From positions 1-64,000 of the IMG/VR virus record IMGVR_UViG_3300046170_000502: a stretch of DNA of 64,000 bases. The stretch is one strand, 5' to 3'. Shown one piece after another: positions 40,552-48,985 of the stretch (positions are counted from its first letter, which is position 1; the number at the start of each line of letters is the position of its first letter). The position numbers were made by a program, and so were the translations under genes. The DNA is from a virus. The notes under the pieces are model-generated. The model saw only the letters and a list, made by a program, of their open reading frames with translations, was not told the DNA's origin and did not search any database.

Positions 40552-40761
40552 ATGAACGAATATATTGATGCAGTATGCGAGGGACAACCTCTTGACAAAC
40601 CAAGTTTCAACCAAGATTCAGAGCAATGGGAATTGTACTTTGAAGAGTCTGCCACGCCTTGGCATCCTTATGACTCAAGGGATTTAATCGCAGTAAGTTT
40701 TGACTCTGCCCAAGAAGCAGAACAATCTTACAACCACTATTCACAACCTAACCAAGGATAA
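40552..40761 (+). CDS. Small acidic protein
   Basis: ORF chain. Confidence 0.5.
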   Translation: MNEYIDAVCEGQPLDKPSFNQDSEQWELYFEESATPWHPYDSRDLIAVSFDSAQEAEQSYNHYSQPNQG

Positions 40762-40764
40762 GAT

Positions 40765-40929
40765 ATGCGAAATTCTCGAATTGAAAATCTTAGGAATAAA
40801 GTTCGCAATATGGGCTACGCTTTGGCTCAAGCTGAATTGCGAGGCTTGAGGGGAGAAGAATTGTTTGCTAAGAAATTGGCTCACAACCTACTTCTTGGCG
40901 AACTTTACTCTCTCGAAAAAAGGGTATAG
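40765..40929 (+). CDS. Small hypothetical protein
   Basis: 54-aa ORF before hairpin. Confidence 0.45.
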   Translation: MRNSRIENLRNKVRNMGYALAQAELRGLRGEELFAKKLAHNLLLGELYSLEKRV

Positions 40930-40936
40930 TTAAAGG

Positions 40937-40964
40937 GGCGGGCTTGGGAAAACCCAAGCTCGCC
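40937..40964 (+). terminator. Strong GC hairpin (probable terminator) abutting R2
   Basis: GGCGGGCTTGGG-AAAA-CCCAAGCTCGCC; weak U tail. Confidence 0.6.
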
Positions 40965-41045
40965 TTAGCCTTTGTTATTCAACGACTTACGAAAAATCGC
41001 CCTGGCCGGTTTGGCCTAACTCATTGATACTAAGTAACTTACAAC
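40965..41045 (+). repeat. Palindromic cassette repeat R2
   Basis: CAACGACTTACG..TCGCCCTGG..TAACTCATTG..ACTTACAAC; tandem promoters at 41073 and 41177. Confidence 0.85.
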
Positions 41046-41241
41046 AATCTTTATTTTTATGAAAAAAAAGGGTTGACATTACATCATTTTCTGTCATACT
41101 TGTATACATAAGCGAGATAACTGAACTTAAAAAAAATTAGTCGAAACAAAAAAAACTTAATCGAAGAAAAAAAAGCTTGACAAAAACCAAAAACTTTAGT
41201 ATAATTAACCCATCAAAGACGATAAACCAACACTAAAAATT

Positions 41242-41979
41242 ATGAATAAAAAAATTGATCTCTCCGTATGTGGCACAAAAAGAATTGACTTTAGCGAAGT
41301 AAAGTCCGTACAGACTCCCGAAAAGACTGAGTCTTGGCAACCAATCGGTCATGCGTTCCTTGTTGATCGTGTGCAAAACCAAATCCAAGACAATGGTTGG
41401 GAAATTGTTGACACTTACCATTCTCTTCACCGATTCGGTCAGCGTTACTTCGGTCTCTTTCACATCAAAAACACAGGTTCCGATTCTGATGATCGTGGCA
41501 CAATTCTTGGTCTTCGCAACTCGCACGACAAATGCTTTCCAGCAGGTTTGTGCATGGGCAATGCTCCATTTGTTTGCTCCAACCTTATCTTCACTAACGA
41601 AGTGACTCTTGCAAGACGGCACACAAAAAACATTTTGACTGACTTGTCTCAAGTTATCGCTCGCACTCTCGGCAAGATGACTGAGACATGGGCAAGCGAT
41701 GAGAAACGCATCGAAGCATACAAGGAGTATGAACTTGGCAACGAGCAAGCTCATGACCTTGTTATCCGTGCATACCAAAATGGTGCGATCAGCAAGGGTA
41801 AAATCGCTGATGTAGTTGAGCAATGGCACAAACCCGAACATGATGACTTTTCTGCTCGGAATATGCACTCATTGTATAACGGCTTTACTCATGTCCTTAA
41901 AGGTGGAGTTCATGCCTTACCAAATCGTTCTCTCGCATTGCATGGTGTTCTTGACTCCGAAGTCGCACTTGTAAAGTAA
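41242..41979 (+). CDS. DUF932 (TIGR03299-like) phage/plasmid protein
   Basis: RYFG, LGLRNSHDK, FVCSNL, LYNGFT. Confidence 0.75.
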   Translation: MNKKIDLSVCGTKRIDFSEVKSVQTPEKTESWQPIGHAFLVDRVQNQIQDNGWEIVDTYHSLHRFGQRYFGLFHIKNTGSDSDDRGTILGLRNSHDKCFPAGLCMGNAPFVCSNLIFTNEVTLARRHTKNILTDLSQVIARTLGKMTETWASDEKRIEAYKEYELGNEQAHDLVIRAYQNGAISKGKIADVVEQWHKPEHDDFSARNMHSLYNGFTHVLKGGVHALPNRSLALHGVLDSEVALVK

Positions 41980-42027
41980 TCATTCTTAATCAAAAACCAA
42001 AACACAAACCTAACAAAAATTAAAATT

Positions 42028-42258
42028 ATGAAAAATCAAGCAAAACTCAAAAATGTAGTTGATAGTCTCAAAGGTCGTTTCGTTTCTCTTCTTGTCAAGC
42101 AAGGTGAGCAACGCAAGGTCTTCTCTGCTAAAGTCAATAGCGTGACTTCTCGTCATGTTATGTTTTCGGACATGAATGGAGCAAATCGTCGAGTTAATCG
42201 TCGCCATGTTCTTCGTGCGACTTGTGCTAACAAATCTTTTAAGAGGTCAGTTGGTTAA
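42028..42258 (+). CDS. Small basic protein
   Basis: ORF followed by terminator. Confidence 0.55.
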   Translation: MKNQAKLKNVVDSLKGRFVSLLVKQGEQRKVFSAKVNSVTSRHVMFSDMNGANRRVNRRHVLRATCANKSFKRSVG

Positions 42259-42284
42259 TCGCAAGCTCGGAAACGAGTAGGCTC

Positions 42285-42310
42285 AAGCCTCCCTTCGGGG
42301 AGGCTTTTTT
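42285..42310 (+). terminator. Rho-independent terminator (UUCG loop)
   Basis: AAGCCTCCC-TTCG-GGGAGGCTT + T run. Confidence 0.9.
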
Positions 42311-42331
42311 GCATCTTGAATTATTGTTTCG

Positions 42332-42415
42332 TAAGTCGTTGCAGGCCAGGCAGTTACGAAAAACGGGCCTAGGCTTTTTGGCGTAAGTTGTTGGATATCA
42401 ATGATATCCGCAACA
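42332..42415 (+). repeat. Palindromic cassette repeat R3
   Basis: TAAGTCGTTG..CAGTTACG..GGCCTAGGC..CGTAAGTTGTTG..CAACAAAA; promoter at 42447. Confidence 0.85.
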
Positions 42416-42481
42416 AAACTTTTTTTACTTTTTTTGCATTTAGGGGTTGACTTTGCACCTTATTCTGTCATAATGGAATAC

Positions 42482-43225
42482 ATGATTAAGACAACACTTC
42501 TCACATCAGGTAATCAAAAAATTCTCAAAGGCGAGAAATTAGGTTACATAACGAAAGGCATTCACTTTGCCCCAGCAAGTCTTTCAGGCTTCGAAGTTTG
42601 CCGTTGGCGTTCTAAAGGTTGCACGGCATCTTGCCTCAATACGGCAGGTCGTGGACAAATGAATTCAATTCAAGAATCTCGTGTCGCCAAGACAAAGTTG
42701 TTCTTCAATCATCAGTTAGACTTTCTTGCGAAGCTATCGAAAGAAATTTCTAATTCAATTAAGAGTGCAACGAAGAAAGGAATGAAATCGGTTTTCCGAC
42801 TTAATCTCACAAGTGATGTAATGTGGGAATCTGTTTTCTTTAACGAAGATCAGCCAAAGTCAATCTTTGATAAATTTTCGGATGTTCAGTTTTATGATTA
42901 TACGAAATCATTTAAAAGAATGTGTTCTTTTCTCGACAAGCCTTTTATTAAGGGCGAGGCAAAGTTTCCCTCTAATTACCACTTGACTTTTAGTCGCTCG
43001 GAAACAAACGATACAAAATGCGAGATGGTTCTTTCAATGGGTGGCAATGTTGCCGTTGTATTTCGCAATCAATTACCTAAAACATGGAAAGGTTTTGAGG
43101 TTGTCAATGGTGATGATAATGACCTTCGCTTTCTTGATAAGAAAGGTGTTGTTGTTGGGCTTATCGAAAAAGGCATGGCAAAGAAGGATTCAACGGGATT
43201 TGTTCAAGAAGGGGTAAATTCATGA
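42482..43225 (+). CDS. gp88-like phage protein
   Basis: C..GCTASCLNTAGRG, FRLN.TSD, FYDYTK, NYHLTFSRSE, GGNVAVVF, GD..DLRFLD..GVVVGL..KG; MIKT start. Confidence 0.75.
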   Translation: MIKTTLLTSGNQKILKGEKLGYITKGIHFAPASLSGFEVCRWRSKGCTASCLNTAGRGQMNSIQESRVAKTKLFFNHQLDFLAKLSKEISNSIKSATKKGMKSVFRLNLTSDVMWESVFFNEDQPKSIFDKFSDVQFYDYTKSFKRMCSFLDKPFIKGEAKFPSNYHLTFSRSETNDTKCEMVLSMGGNVAVVFRNQLPKTWKGFEVVNGDDNDLRFLDKKGVVVGLIEKGMAKKDSTGFVQEGVNS

Positions 43226-43389
43226 GTGAAACATATTACGATTCAGCCGAAGATTTAATGATTAGTCAATCAAGAGCGTTTGATGAACTATCAAAGCATG
43301 GTTGCCAAGAGATACAGCAATTTCTTGAGGACATGGGAGATAAGGAGGAGTATGAAGCACAAAAAGTATTGGAATGGTTAGGTTACTAA
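43222..43389 (+). CDS. Conserved small phage protein
   Basis: YYDSAEDL.IS..RA..EL..HG..F..D.G..Y.AQ.VL.WLGY. Confidence 0.6.
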   Translation: MSETYYDSAEDLMISQSRAFDELSKHGCQEIQQFLEDMGDKEEYEAQKVLEWLGY

Positions 43390-43467
43390 ACGCTTGGTTA
43401 TGAACTAGTTAGGGCAAAAAGCCCTGGGCGATTTCGCGCAAGTCTTTGGCGATCAAGGCTTTACAAC
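43387..43467 (+). repeat. Palindromic cassette repeat R4
   Basis: TAAACGCTTG..GTTAGGGC..GCCCTGGGCG..CAAGTCTTTG..CAAGGCTTTACAAC; promoter at 43495. Confidence 0.75.
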
Positions 43468-43532
43468 TATTTTCATTTTTTCTGCATTTAAGGGTTGACT
43501 TAGTTTGAGATTCTGACATACTAATACTTACC

Positions 43533-43632
43533 AACACGATCAAACTAATCTGCAAATTAGTGGTGATTAAGAGAGGTGCGGATTGCAGTCCTAATTATAC
43601 TCTTGTGGGTTCGACTCCCTCCGTGTTTGGTA
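43533..43632 (+). ncRNA. tRNA-like / degenerate tRNA element
   Basis: AACACG/CGTGTT closing stem, T-arm GGG-TTCGACT-CCC, two TGCA-loop hairpins; no canonical D arm or CCA. Confidence 0.35.
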
Positions 43633-43694
43633 TCATTTTATTATTCACTAAAAAAACGCTTGACTTCACAAAAAATTCTGTCATACTATTAATT

Positions 43695-43820
43695 ATGAAA
43701 GCGAAAAAAATTAAGATAAGACAATCCATTCTCTTTACAAAAGCTCGCCCTTTCAAGATGAAAAACAAAATTCTTGATCGGAAACTAAAACACAAAACCA
43801 AATTGACTTATGTATCTTAA
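43695..43820 (+). CDS. Small very basic protein
   Basis: TTGACT(43660)-CATACT-N7-ATG. Confidence 0.45.
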   Translation: MKAKKIKIRQSILFTKARPFKMKNKILDRKLKHKTKLTYVS

Positions 43821-44052
43821 CGACCCAAACCACTTGCAAGTCCAAGATGTTGACTCGCTCGAAGCAAACGAATTAGTTATGGCATTCATCCATGACAATA
43901 TGATCGAGCCGATGACCGACAAGAATATGCTTGACAATGATCAACTTTCAATGTTAAATGTAGTTGGTAGTGCGTTAAAGTGCATTGCTCAAAAAGCTCA
44001 CGCTTACGAAACTCTCACAGAATCGCAAGACTCATCTCATTACAGAAACTAA
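43810..44052 (+). CDS. Hypothetical protein
   Basis: ORF chain. Confidence 0.5.
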   Translation: MYLNDPNHLQVQDVDSLEANELVMAFIHDNMIEPMTDKNMLDNDQLSMLNVVGSALKCIAQKAHAYETLTESQDSSHYRN

Positions 44053-44253
44053 ATGAACAAAGAAAAACATTTAATTACGAAAAGCAAAGACGGATGCGTT
44101 GTCCTTATTAAAGCAGAGAAGAAGACTGAACAGACCGATGTCTTTATCTCGCAAGCAACATTCGAGAAGAACATCTCAAGTAAAACATTCGTAAAACACG
44201 CAACACTCACACACAACAACAATCCAATATATATCTACCATGAAGACCTTTGA
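44053..44253 (+). CDS. Hypothetical protein
   Basis: ORF chain. Confidence 0.5.
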   Translation: MNKEKHLITKSKDGCVVLIKAEKKTEQTDVFISQATFEKNISSKTFVKHATLTHNNNPIYIYHEDL

Positions 44254-44572
44254 TGACTTAAATTTTAACTCTCACCCAAGTGCAAAAGATTTGGGAGTCC
44301 AAGCAAGTATAACTTTCGATAATGGTTACGCTATTAGCGTTGTATCCAATGTGGATGGAGGTCAATGCTTCTATGGCAATCACCCCAACACTTACGAAGT
44401 CGCAGTATTCAATCAGCGTGGAGATTTTGTTCCATTGCAACCTTTTGACGATGTTCTTGGTTGGCAGGATAGAATGCAAGTTTCCAAGCTAATGAGTCAA
44501 TTTCAACAAGACGGAGTTAAACACGAAAAGCTTTTGCATTCAATCAAACAAGATAAACAAAACAATGACTAG
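44240..44572 (+). CDS. Conserved phage protein
   Basis: MKTFDDL.F..H, FDNGY.ISVV, YG..TYEVAV, V.GW. Confidence 0.65.
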   Translation: MKTFDDLNFNSHPSAKDLGVQASITFDNGYAISVVSNVDGGQCFYGNHPNTYEVAVFNQRGDFVPLQPFDDVLGWQDRMQVSKLMSQFQQDGVKHEKLLHSIKQDKQNND

Positions 44573-44726
44573 TTATCAAATACTTAAAAACGGAGAGCCT
44601 GCCGGAATTGTTGGCACGCTCGATTATATTGTCAACGCCATTCGTAATCTCGAATCAGATCTTGATCGAGTAACTGAACATTCACCTTATACAATTGAAT
44701 TGGTCAAACGAACGGCAAAAATGTAA
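44565..44726 (+). CDS. Small hypothetical protein (last rightward early gene)
   Basis: 53-aa coupled ORF. Confidence 0.45.
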   Translation: MTSYQILKNGEPAGIVGTLDYIVNAIRNLESDLDRVTEHSPYTIELVKRTAKM

Positions 44727-44808
44727 ATATCAAATACAATTCTGTGGGCAGCAAATACTAAATACTCAAATACCAAATATTTAAATAACAAATACAAATA
44801 CATAAATA
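44725..44808. repeat. AAATA(C) micro-repeat cluster at the convergence point
   Basis: About 10 AAATA units in 85 bp. Confidence 0.6.
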
Positions 44809-44829
44809 AGGATTTGAGCTAAGAAATCC

Positions 44830-44906
44830 GAATGTGTTGAGTACCAACGACTTGCGAAAAAAAACCTAGGGCGGTTTTCCCTAGGTCATTGATAGTCAGC
44901 GACTTA
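44830..44906 (-). repeat. Palindromic cassette repeat R5
   Basis: CAACGACTTGCG..CCTAGGGCGG..CCCTAGGTCATTG..CAGCGACTTA; same orientation as R6, no promoter. Confidence 0.8.
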
Positions 44907-44908
44907 TG

Positions 44909-45100
44909 TTAAAAGTCGTATTGATCGTGGTAGCCCCAGTCTACATCTTCATTTTCAGAGAATTCTTCTAGAGCCTTGCGGTCTGACTCTTCCAGTTCTT
45001 CCCTGGCAAGCTGGTCAAGCAGTGCTTGACGCTCATCGAGATCGACATCGGTAATGCCGTGGGCGTGAGAGAGGCGGGTGAGTGAGTCATTGTTTTCCAT
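44909..45100 (-). CDS. Small very acidic protein
   Basis: Sole gene between R5 and R6; promoter at ~45135. Confidence 0.55.
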   Translation of the reverse strand: MENNDSLTRLSHAHGITDVDLDERQALLDQLAREELEESDRKALEEFSENEDVDWGYHDQYDF

Positions 45101-45151
45101 AATTCTAATCTAGCAAAATCGCAGATCTTTGTCAAACTTTTTTTTCATTTT

Positions 45152-45233
45152 GCTGTAAGTTGTTTACAACCAACGAGTTACGAAAAAACGACTTGGGCGG
45201 TTTTCCCTAAGTCATTGACTTGCAACAACTTAG
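45152..45233 (-). repeat. Palindromic cassette repeat R6
   Basis: Reverse complement aligns with R1. Confidence 0.85.
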
Positions 45234-45350
45234 GAAAAACTAAACTTTTCTCTTGCCTCACAAAGAGATTGTGCAATTAAAAAGCACAATCAGTTAAGCC
45301 CCTGAAGATTCCAATTAACGATGCGATTATCATAATTGTGACCAAATCCA

Positions 45351-45524
45351 CTAGGACATTGACCTTTCTAACTCTTGGATTTTGTTATCAATGTCGATTT
45401 GCACGGCTTGAATTTGGCTCGCTTCTTCTTGCTTGCCAAGTCTCAAGGCATTGACTCTTTGAATTGTCAACGCTTGAAGCGTGCTGATTAATGTATCAAT
45501 TTTTTCTGTTATTGCTTTGTTCAT
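45351..45524 (-). CDS. Small coiled-coil protein
   Basis: Start MNKAITEK after the -10 box. Confidence 0.5.
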   Translation of the reverse strand: MNKAITEKIDTLISTLQALTIQRVNALRLGKQEEASQIQAVQIDIDNKIQELERSMS

Positions 45525-45561
45525 GCTATTATTATACCATATTGAGGGCGACTTGTCGAGA

Positions 45562-45849
45562 TCAATCTTCAAAGATTGCTCGCATGGATGGGCTGACTGA
45601 CTCCATATCGTGGAGGTTCTCGTCATTGTCGAAGTCGTCATCCTCTTCGGCTTTATCTTCGGATGAAGCCAATTCGGAAACCTCGTCCTCAACATCTCTT
45701 TGAGTTGCTTCGAGCAAACCATGCTCAACGACCAATTCCTCAGCCATAATTTCGGCTTTCATGTCTTGAATGAAGTTAGACACACTTTTAGAAACAGGTG
45801 CATCTTTTGCGTTTTCGATTGCTTGGCGAATGAGATCAATGTTATTCAT
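45562..45849 (-). CDS. Very acidic small protein
   Basis: About 28 D/E in 95 aa; promoter at ~45885. Confidence 0.55.
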   Translation of the reverse strand: MNNIDLIRQAIENAKDAPVSKSVSNFIQDMKAEIMAEELVVEHGLLEATQRDVEDEVSELASSEDKAEEDDDFDNDENLHDMESVSPSMRAIFED

Positions 45850-45888
45850 ATTTTAGTATTATGGATTAATTATGTGAGTTTGTCAAAC

Positions 45889-46092
45889 TTATTTTGTAAA
45901 TTCTTTGAATATTTTTCTAAGCTCTTGAACCTTTTCAAGAAGTCCTTTGGTGGTCATTTCTTCGGTCAAGGTTCTGTCGGAATCCTTTTTTTCTGTTTGC
46001 ATATAATGAAGAAAGTCAATCGCTCCCTCCATTTGTGCAAGCTTAGTTCCGAAGTCGATTTCTTTTATTATTGTTTCTTTTGTCTTAATCAT
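45889..46092 (-). CDS. Small helical protein, paralog family A
   Basis: MIKT start; LAQMEGAI.FL..RTLTEE. Confidence 0.55.
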   Translation of the reverse strand: MIKTKETIIKEIDFGTKLAQMEGAIDFLHYMQTEKKDSDRTLTEEMTTKGLLEKVQELRKIFKEFTK

Positions 46093-46217
46093 ATACCTAC
46101 AAGGTAACACATAAAAAGGAGTTTGTCAAATTTTTTCTCACTTACCTTTCAACTATGTTTTTGCACAATTCGACTGCTATTTTCTTGCAAAGTTGGCACG
46201 GAATCTGTATCGATTTT

Positions 46218-46299
46218 GTTGTAAGTCGTTGCCGCTCAACGAGTTACGGAAAACTCCGGAGGGCGGTTTGCCCTAAGTCGTTGGTTACTAACACTTTAC
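46218..46299 (-). repeat. Palindromic cassette repeat R7
   Basis: GTTGTAAGTCGTTG..CAACGAGTTACG..GGGCGG..CCCTAAGTCGTTG. Confidence 0.85.
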
Positions 46300-46300
46300 G

Positions 46301-46495
46301 CTAGTCAACCAAGATTAACGGGTCAGGCAGTGGAGTGCTAGCAATGTACGCCTCTAACTCGCTAACCTCTGCTTGTGCGATTCTGTCGAGATCTGCTTGA
46401 GCCGCTATTATGCACATTCTAGCTGATGAAGAACCATTTTCTGCGGCTTCGAGATTTTCGTCAATTATTTTTTGTAGTCTTTGTTTTTCTGTCAT
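46301..46495 (-). CDS. Hypothetical protein
   Basis: MTEK start behind a leaderless promoter. Confidence 0.5.
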   Translation of the reverse strand: MTEKQRLQKIIDENLEAAENGSSSARMCIIAAQADLDRIAQAEVSELEAYIASTPLPDPLILVD

Positions 46496-46543
46496 AAGTA
46501 TAATCTAATCTATTTTTTTGTTTCTGTCAAGCGTGAATGTGAA

Positions 46544-47089
46544 TTATTTTAAGAAATGATTGAATGCACTTTCAAGTTTACCTTTGTTGAGATTTTCTTT
46601 TCTGTCGCGAGGTACGAAATTTGACCAATGATTTCCTCCACCACTTTGTCGCTCTTGTATGTGATCAATGTTCCAAGCGTTGTCTACATTTTTATTTGTC
46701 CAATTAGACCAAGACTTGCCGTTTTCAAGTTGGACATCTAGGAATATTCTAAACTGATCCAATGAGCATCCTAAAGTTTTTTTATTTCCTCCGAGCATAC
46801 CAACTTTATCGGAGAATAATTTTCTTTCTTGTGATTCTGTCAACATTTTCACTTTTGGATCGTGGGCGATTTTGTTTCTTATTCTTTTGTATTTTTCTTT
46901 GATGTTTGCAATTTCTTTCTTTTTTACTTCGATCATCTTTTGCAATTTTTCGATTCCCTCAAGCTCTGATTGGATTTGTGCTTGCTCTGAGATTTTAAGC
47001 ATATCTCCGAGATCGAGATCTGTTCTGTTACTCTTTACAGAGTTTCTTCCGTGATGTTTATTCCAAGCGTCAGATATTTTAATTTTCAT
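46544..47089 (-). CDS. HNH endonuclease-like protein (same family as 14543..15163)
   Basis: LGCS..F..L..Q..G.SW.N..WNIDHI..NHWSNFVP..EN..K. Confidence 0.7.
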   Translation of the reverse strand: MKIKISDAWNKHHGRNSVKSNRTDLDLGDMLKISEQAQIQSELEGIEKLQKMIEVKKKEIANIKEKYKRIRNKIAHDPKVKMLTESQERKLFSDKVGMLGGNKKTLGCSLDQFRIFLDVQLENGKSWSNWTNKNVDNAWNIDHIQERQSGGGNHWSNFVPRDRKENLNKGKLESAFNHFLK

Positions 47090-47368
47090 ATTTTTTATTT
47101 TTAGCAATTAACTTTATAGTATTTTATATTATAGTAATTTTATTTTGTGTCAAGCTTTTCTTTACTTACATCTGAAAAAAGATCGATTTTCTTTTCTGTC
47201 ATAGATTTATACATAAAGAAGAAAGCAGGAATAAAAGTTAAAAGAAGCAAGATGTCGTAATTCATAATTTATTTTTGTTATATTAATTTAATGTTATATA
47301 TACAATGTATCAGAAAATGAAGTAAAGTCAAGCGTTTTTTAAAAAAAAGATTAATTATTTTTACTTTT

Positions 47369-47450
47369 GTTGTAAGTCGCTGGCCATCAAGGAGTTGCGA
47401 AAAATCGCCTAGGAATTTTTTCCCTAAATCGTTGGCATTCAGCGACTTAG
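47369..47450 (-). repeat. Palindromic cassette repeat R8
   Basis: GTTGTAAGTCGCTG..CAAGGAGTTGCG..CGCCTAGG..CCCTAAATCGTTG..CAGCGACTTAG. Confidence 0.85.
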
Positions 47451-47468
47451 GAAAAACTGGAGTTTTGT

Positions 47469-47624
47469 TTACTTACTCGAGAGAATAGGAGACTTGTACT
47501 TTACGCTTAAACGATTGGCTATTTCAATAGCTTGTGCGTAAGTTCTTGCTCCGTCAATTAGCTCGCCATTAAAGACGACATTAAACCAATTTGAGAAATT
47601 CGGGTTTCTGAATACATTTATCAT
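47469..47624 (-). CDS. Small hypothetical protein
   Basis: Start MINVFRNP behind promoter. Confidence 0.5.
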   Translation of the reverse strand: MINVFRNPNFSNWFNVVFNGELIDGARTYAQAIEIANRLSVKYKSPILSSK

Positions 47625-47671
47625 TTTATTATTAAAGCAAATTTTTGTTATTGTGTCAAACTTATTTGAGA

Positions 47672-47944
47672 TTATTTTTCCCAAATTTGTTGAATGTAGT
47701 ATTGAGCATTGTCGCCATCTTTGCGTTGAATGCTTGTTTGGAATTGCAACTTTGGTTGAAGCGTCCGAATCATGCGAGCAACTTTTCGCCTTACTTCGTG
47801 CTTGTCTTCAGCTTGTATAGTAATTGTGTGATGTGTCTTGTCGATGTCAATGTACGACTTAGTGTTACTATTCCATAAGGAAATTGCTTCACCATCGAGG
47901 GAAGAGACATGAACGCTTGCAATGAATGTTTTATTCTTAATCAT
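47672..47944 (-). CDS. Hypothetical protein
   Basis: MIKN start behind a leaderless promoter. Confidence 0.55.
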   Translation of the reverse strand: MIKNKTFIASVHVSSLDGEAISLWNSNTKSYIDIDKTHHTITIQAEDKHEVRRKVARMIRTLQPKLQFQTSIQRKDGDNAQYYIQQIWEK

Positions 47945-48004
47945 ATATATAATCTAATCTAGTTTTGGTTGGAAGTCAAGTTTTATTTTACTTATTTTTA
48001 CTTA

Positions 48005-48202
48005 TTATTGAAAGACAACATTAAAACGAAACTGATTTAAACCTTCGTCTTTCATGATCTTATTAAGATGAGATTGACTTGATGCAGTCCGAACCCTTGG
48101 GCGATCATTGCCGTTTGAGTCGATGCCTTGATCGAAAATCTTTACTGACCAATGGGTTGACCATTCTTTAATGCGAACTTGTATTTTATTATTCTTAATC
48201 AT
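48005..48202 (-). CDS. Hypothetical protein
   Basis: MIKN start behind a leaderless promoter. Confidence 0.55.
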   Translation of the reverse strand: MIKNNKIQVRIKEWSTHWSVKIFDQGIDSNGNDRPRVRTASSQSHLNKIMKDEGLNQFRFNVVFQ

Positions 48203-48240
48203 ATGTATAATCTAATGGAATTATTTGCAAAAGTCAAACT

Positions 48241-48468
48241 TTATTTTTCATTATTTAGATCACGCATTGCTTGCAATGCTTTTCTTGCTATTTGAACAGC
48301 GTGTAATGCGTCCATGATTGTTTCAGCTTGCGTGAATGTACCTTGCCAATTGTCAGAATTTGATTCACGAACCAAGTGATTCAAGTTGCCTTCGGCTTTA
48401 GCTAAGCCCATTCCAAGGTCGATTTTTAAGTTTAATTCTTTTTTTATTTCTTCTTTTGTCTTAATCAT
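48241..48468 (-). CDS. Small helical protein, paralog family A
   Basis: MIKT start; LAKAEGNL.HL..TFTQAE..DAL.A.Q. Confidence 0.55.
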   Translation of the reverse strand: MIKTKEEIKKELNLKIDLGMGLAKAEGNLNHLVRESNSDNWQGTFTQAETIMDALHAVQIARKALQAMRDLNNEK

Positions 48469-48540
48469 ATATACAATGTATCAGACAAAACGGCAAAAGT
48501 CAAGTATTATTTTGATTTATTTTAACTTTTTTTTCATTTT

Positions 48541-48622
48541 GTTGTAAGCTGTTGGTATTCAACGAGTTACGCGAAAACGGCTAGGGCGATTTGCCCTAAG
48601 TCGTTGATCTTGTGCTACTTAG
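48541..48622 (-). repeat. Palindromic cassette repeat R9
   Basis: GTTGTAAGCTGTTG..CAACGAGTTACG..CTAGGGCG..CCCTAAGTCGTTG..CTACTTAG. Confidence 0.85.
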
Positions 48623-48927
48623 AACACAAGAGGATCGGGTAATGAATTAGGCGATGCGAACCAATCGGATGAGTCAATTACTTGCCCGTTTAGTATAGGC
48701 TCGAATTTGAATTGGCAAACATCTGCATTCGCTATGCCGTTGACGCGTTCGCGTGTGGTGGGTGTGTTCCATCCTGCAAGCGACCATCTGACCAAGCCGT
48801 CAGCGTCACGCTTGACAATCGCGTTGCCATGTAACCAAACGGTGTTGCCGTCTGTGGTGGTGTTGCCAACTGTCTTGGCTTCGCCGCGTTCAAATGCTTG
48901 TTTAATTTGTTGTGTTACTTTTCGCAT
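48619..48927 (-). CDS. Conserved phage protein
   Basis: MRK.T, V.LHGNAI, S.AGW.T.TT.ER.N. Confidence 0.65.
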   Translation of the reverse strand: MRKVTQQIKQAFERGEAKTVGNTTTDGNTVWLHGNAIVKRDADGLVRWSLAGWNTPTTRERVNGIANADVCQFKFEPILNGQVIDSSDWFASPNSLPDPLVF

Positions 48928-48985
48928 GATTCTTTTATTGCTGTTATGATTCCTATTATGAATGATATTATTATAATGTCAAGCA

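Noticed and set aside
41233-41868. 211-aa minus-strand ORF and similar shadow ORFs (e.g. 1006, 10785, 16779, 32875, 62494)
   Set aside because: Antisense or out-of-frame shadows of well-supported genes.
42401-42481. Upstream-extended starts in the ORF track (also 26008, 35732, 43560, 45728, 51742, 52551)
   Set aside because: The extensions run through promoter boxes or tRNA genes; the downstream ATGs fit promoter geometry.
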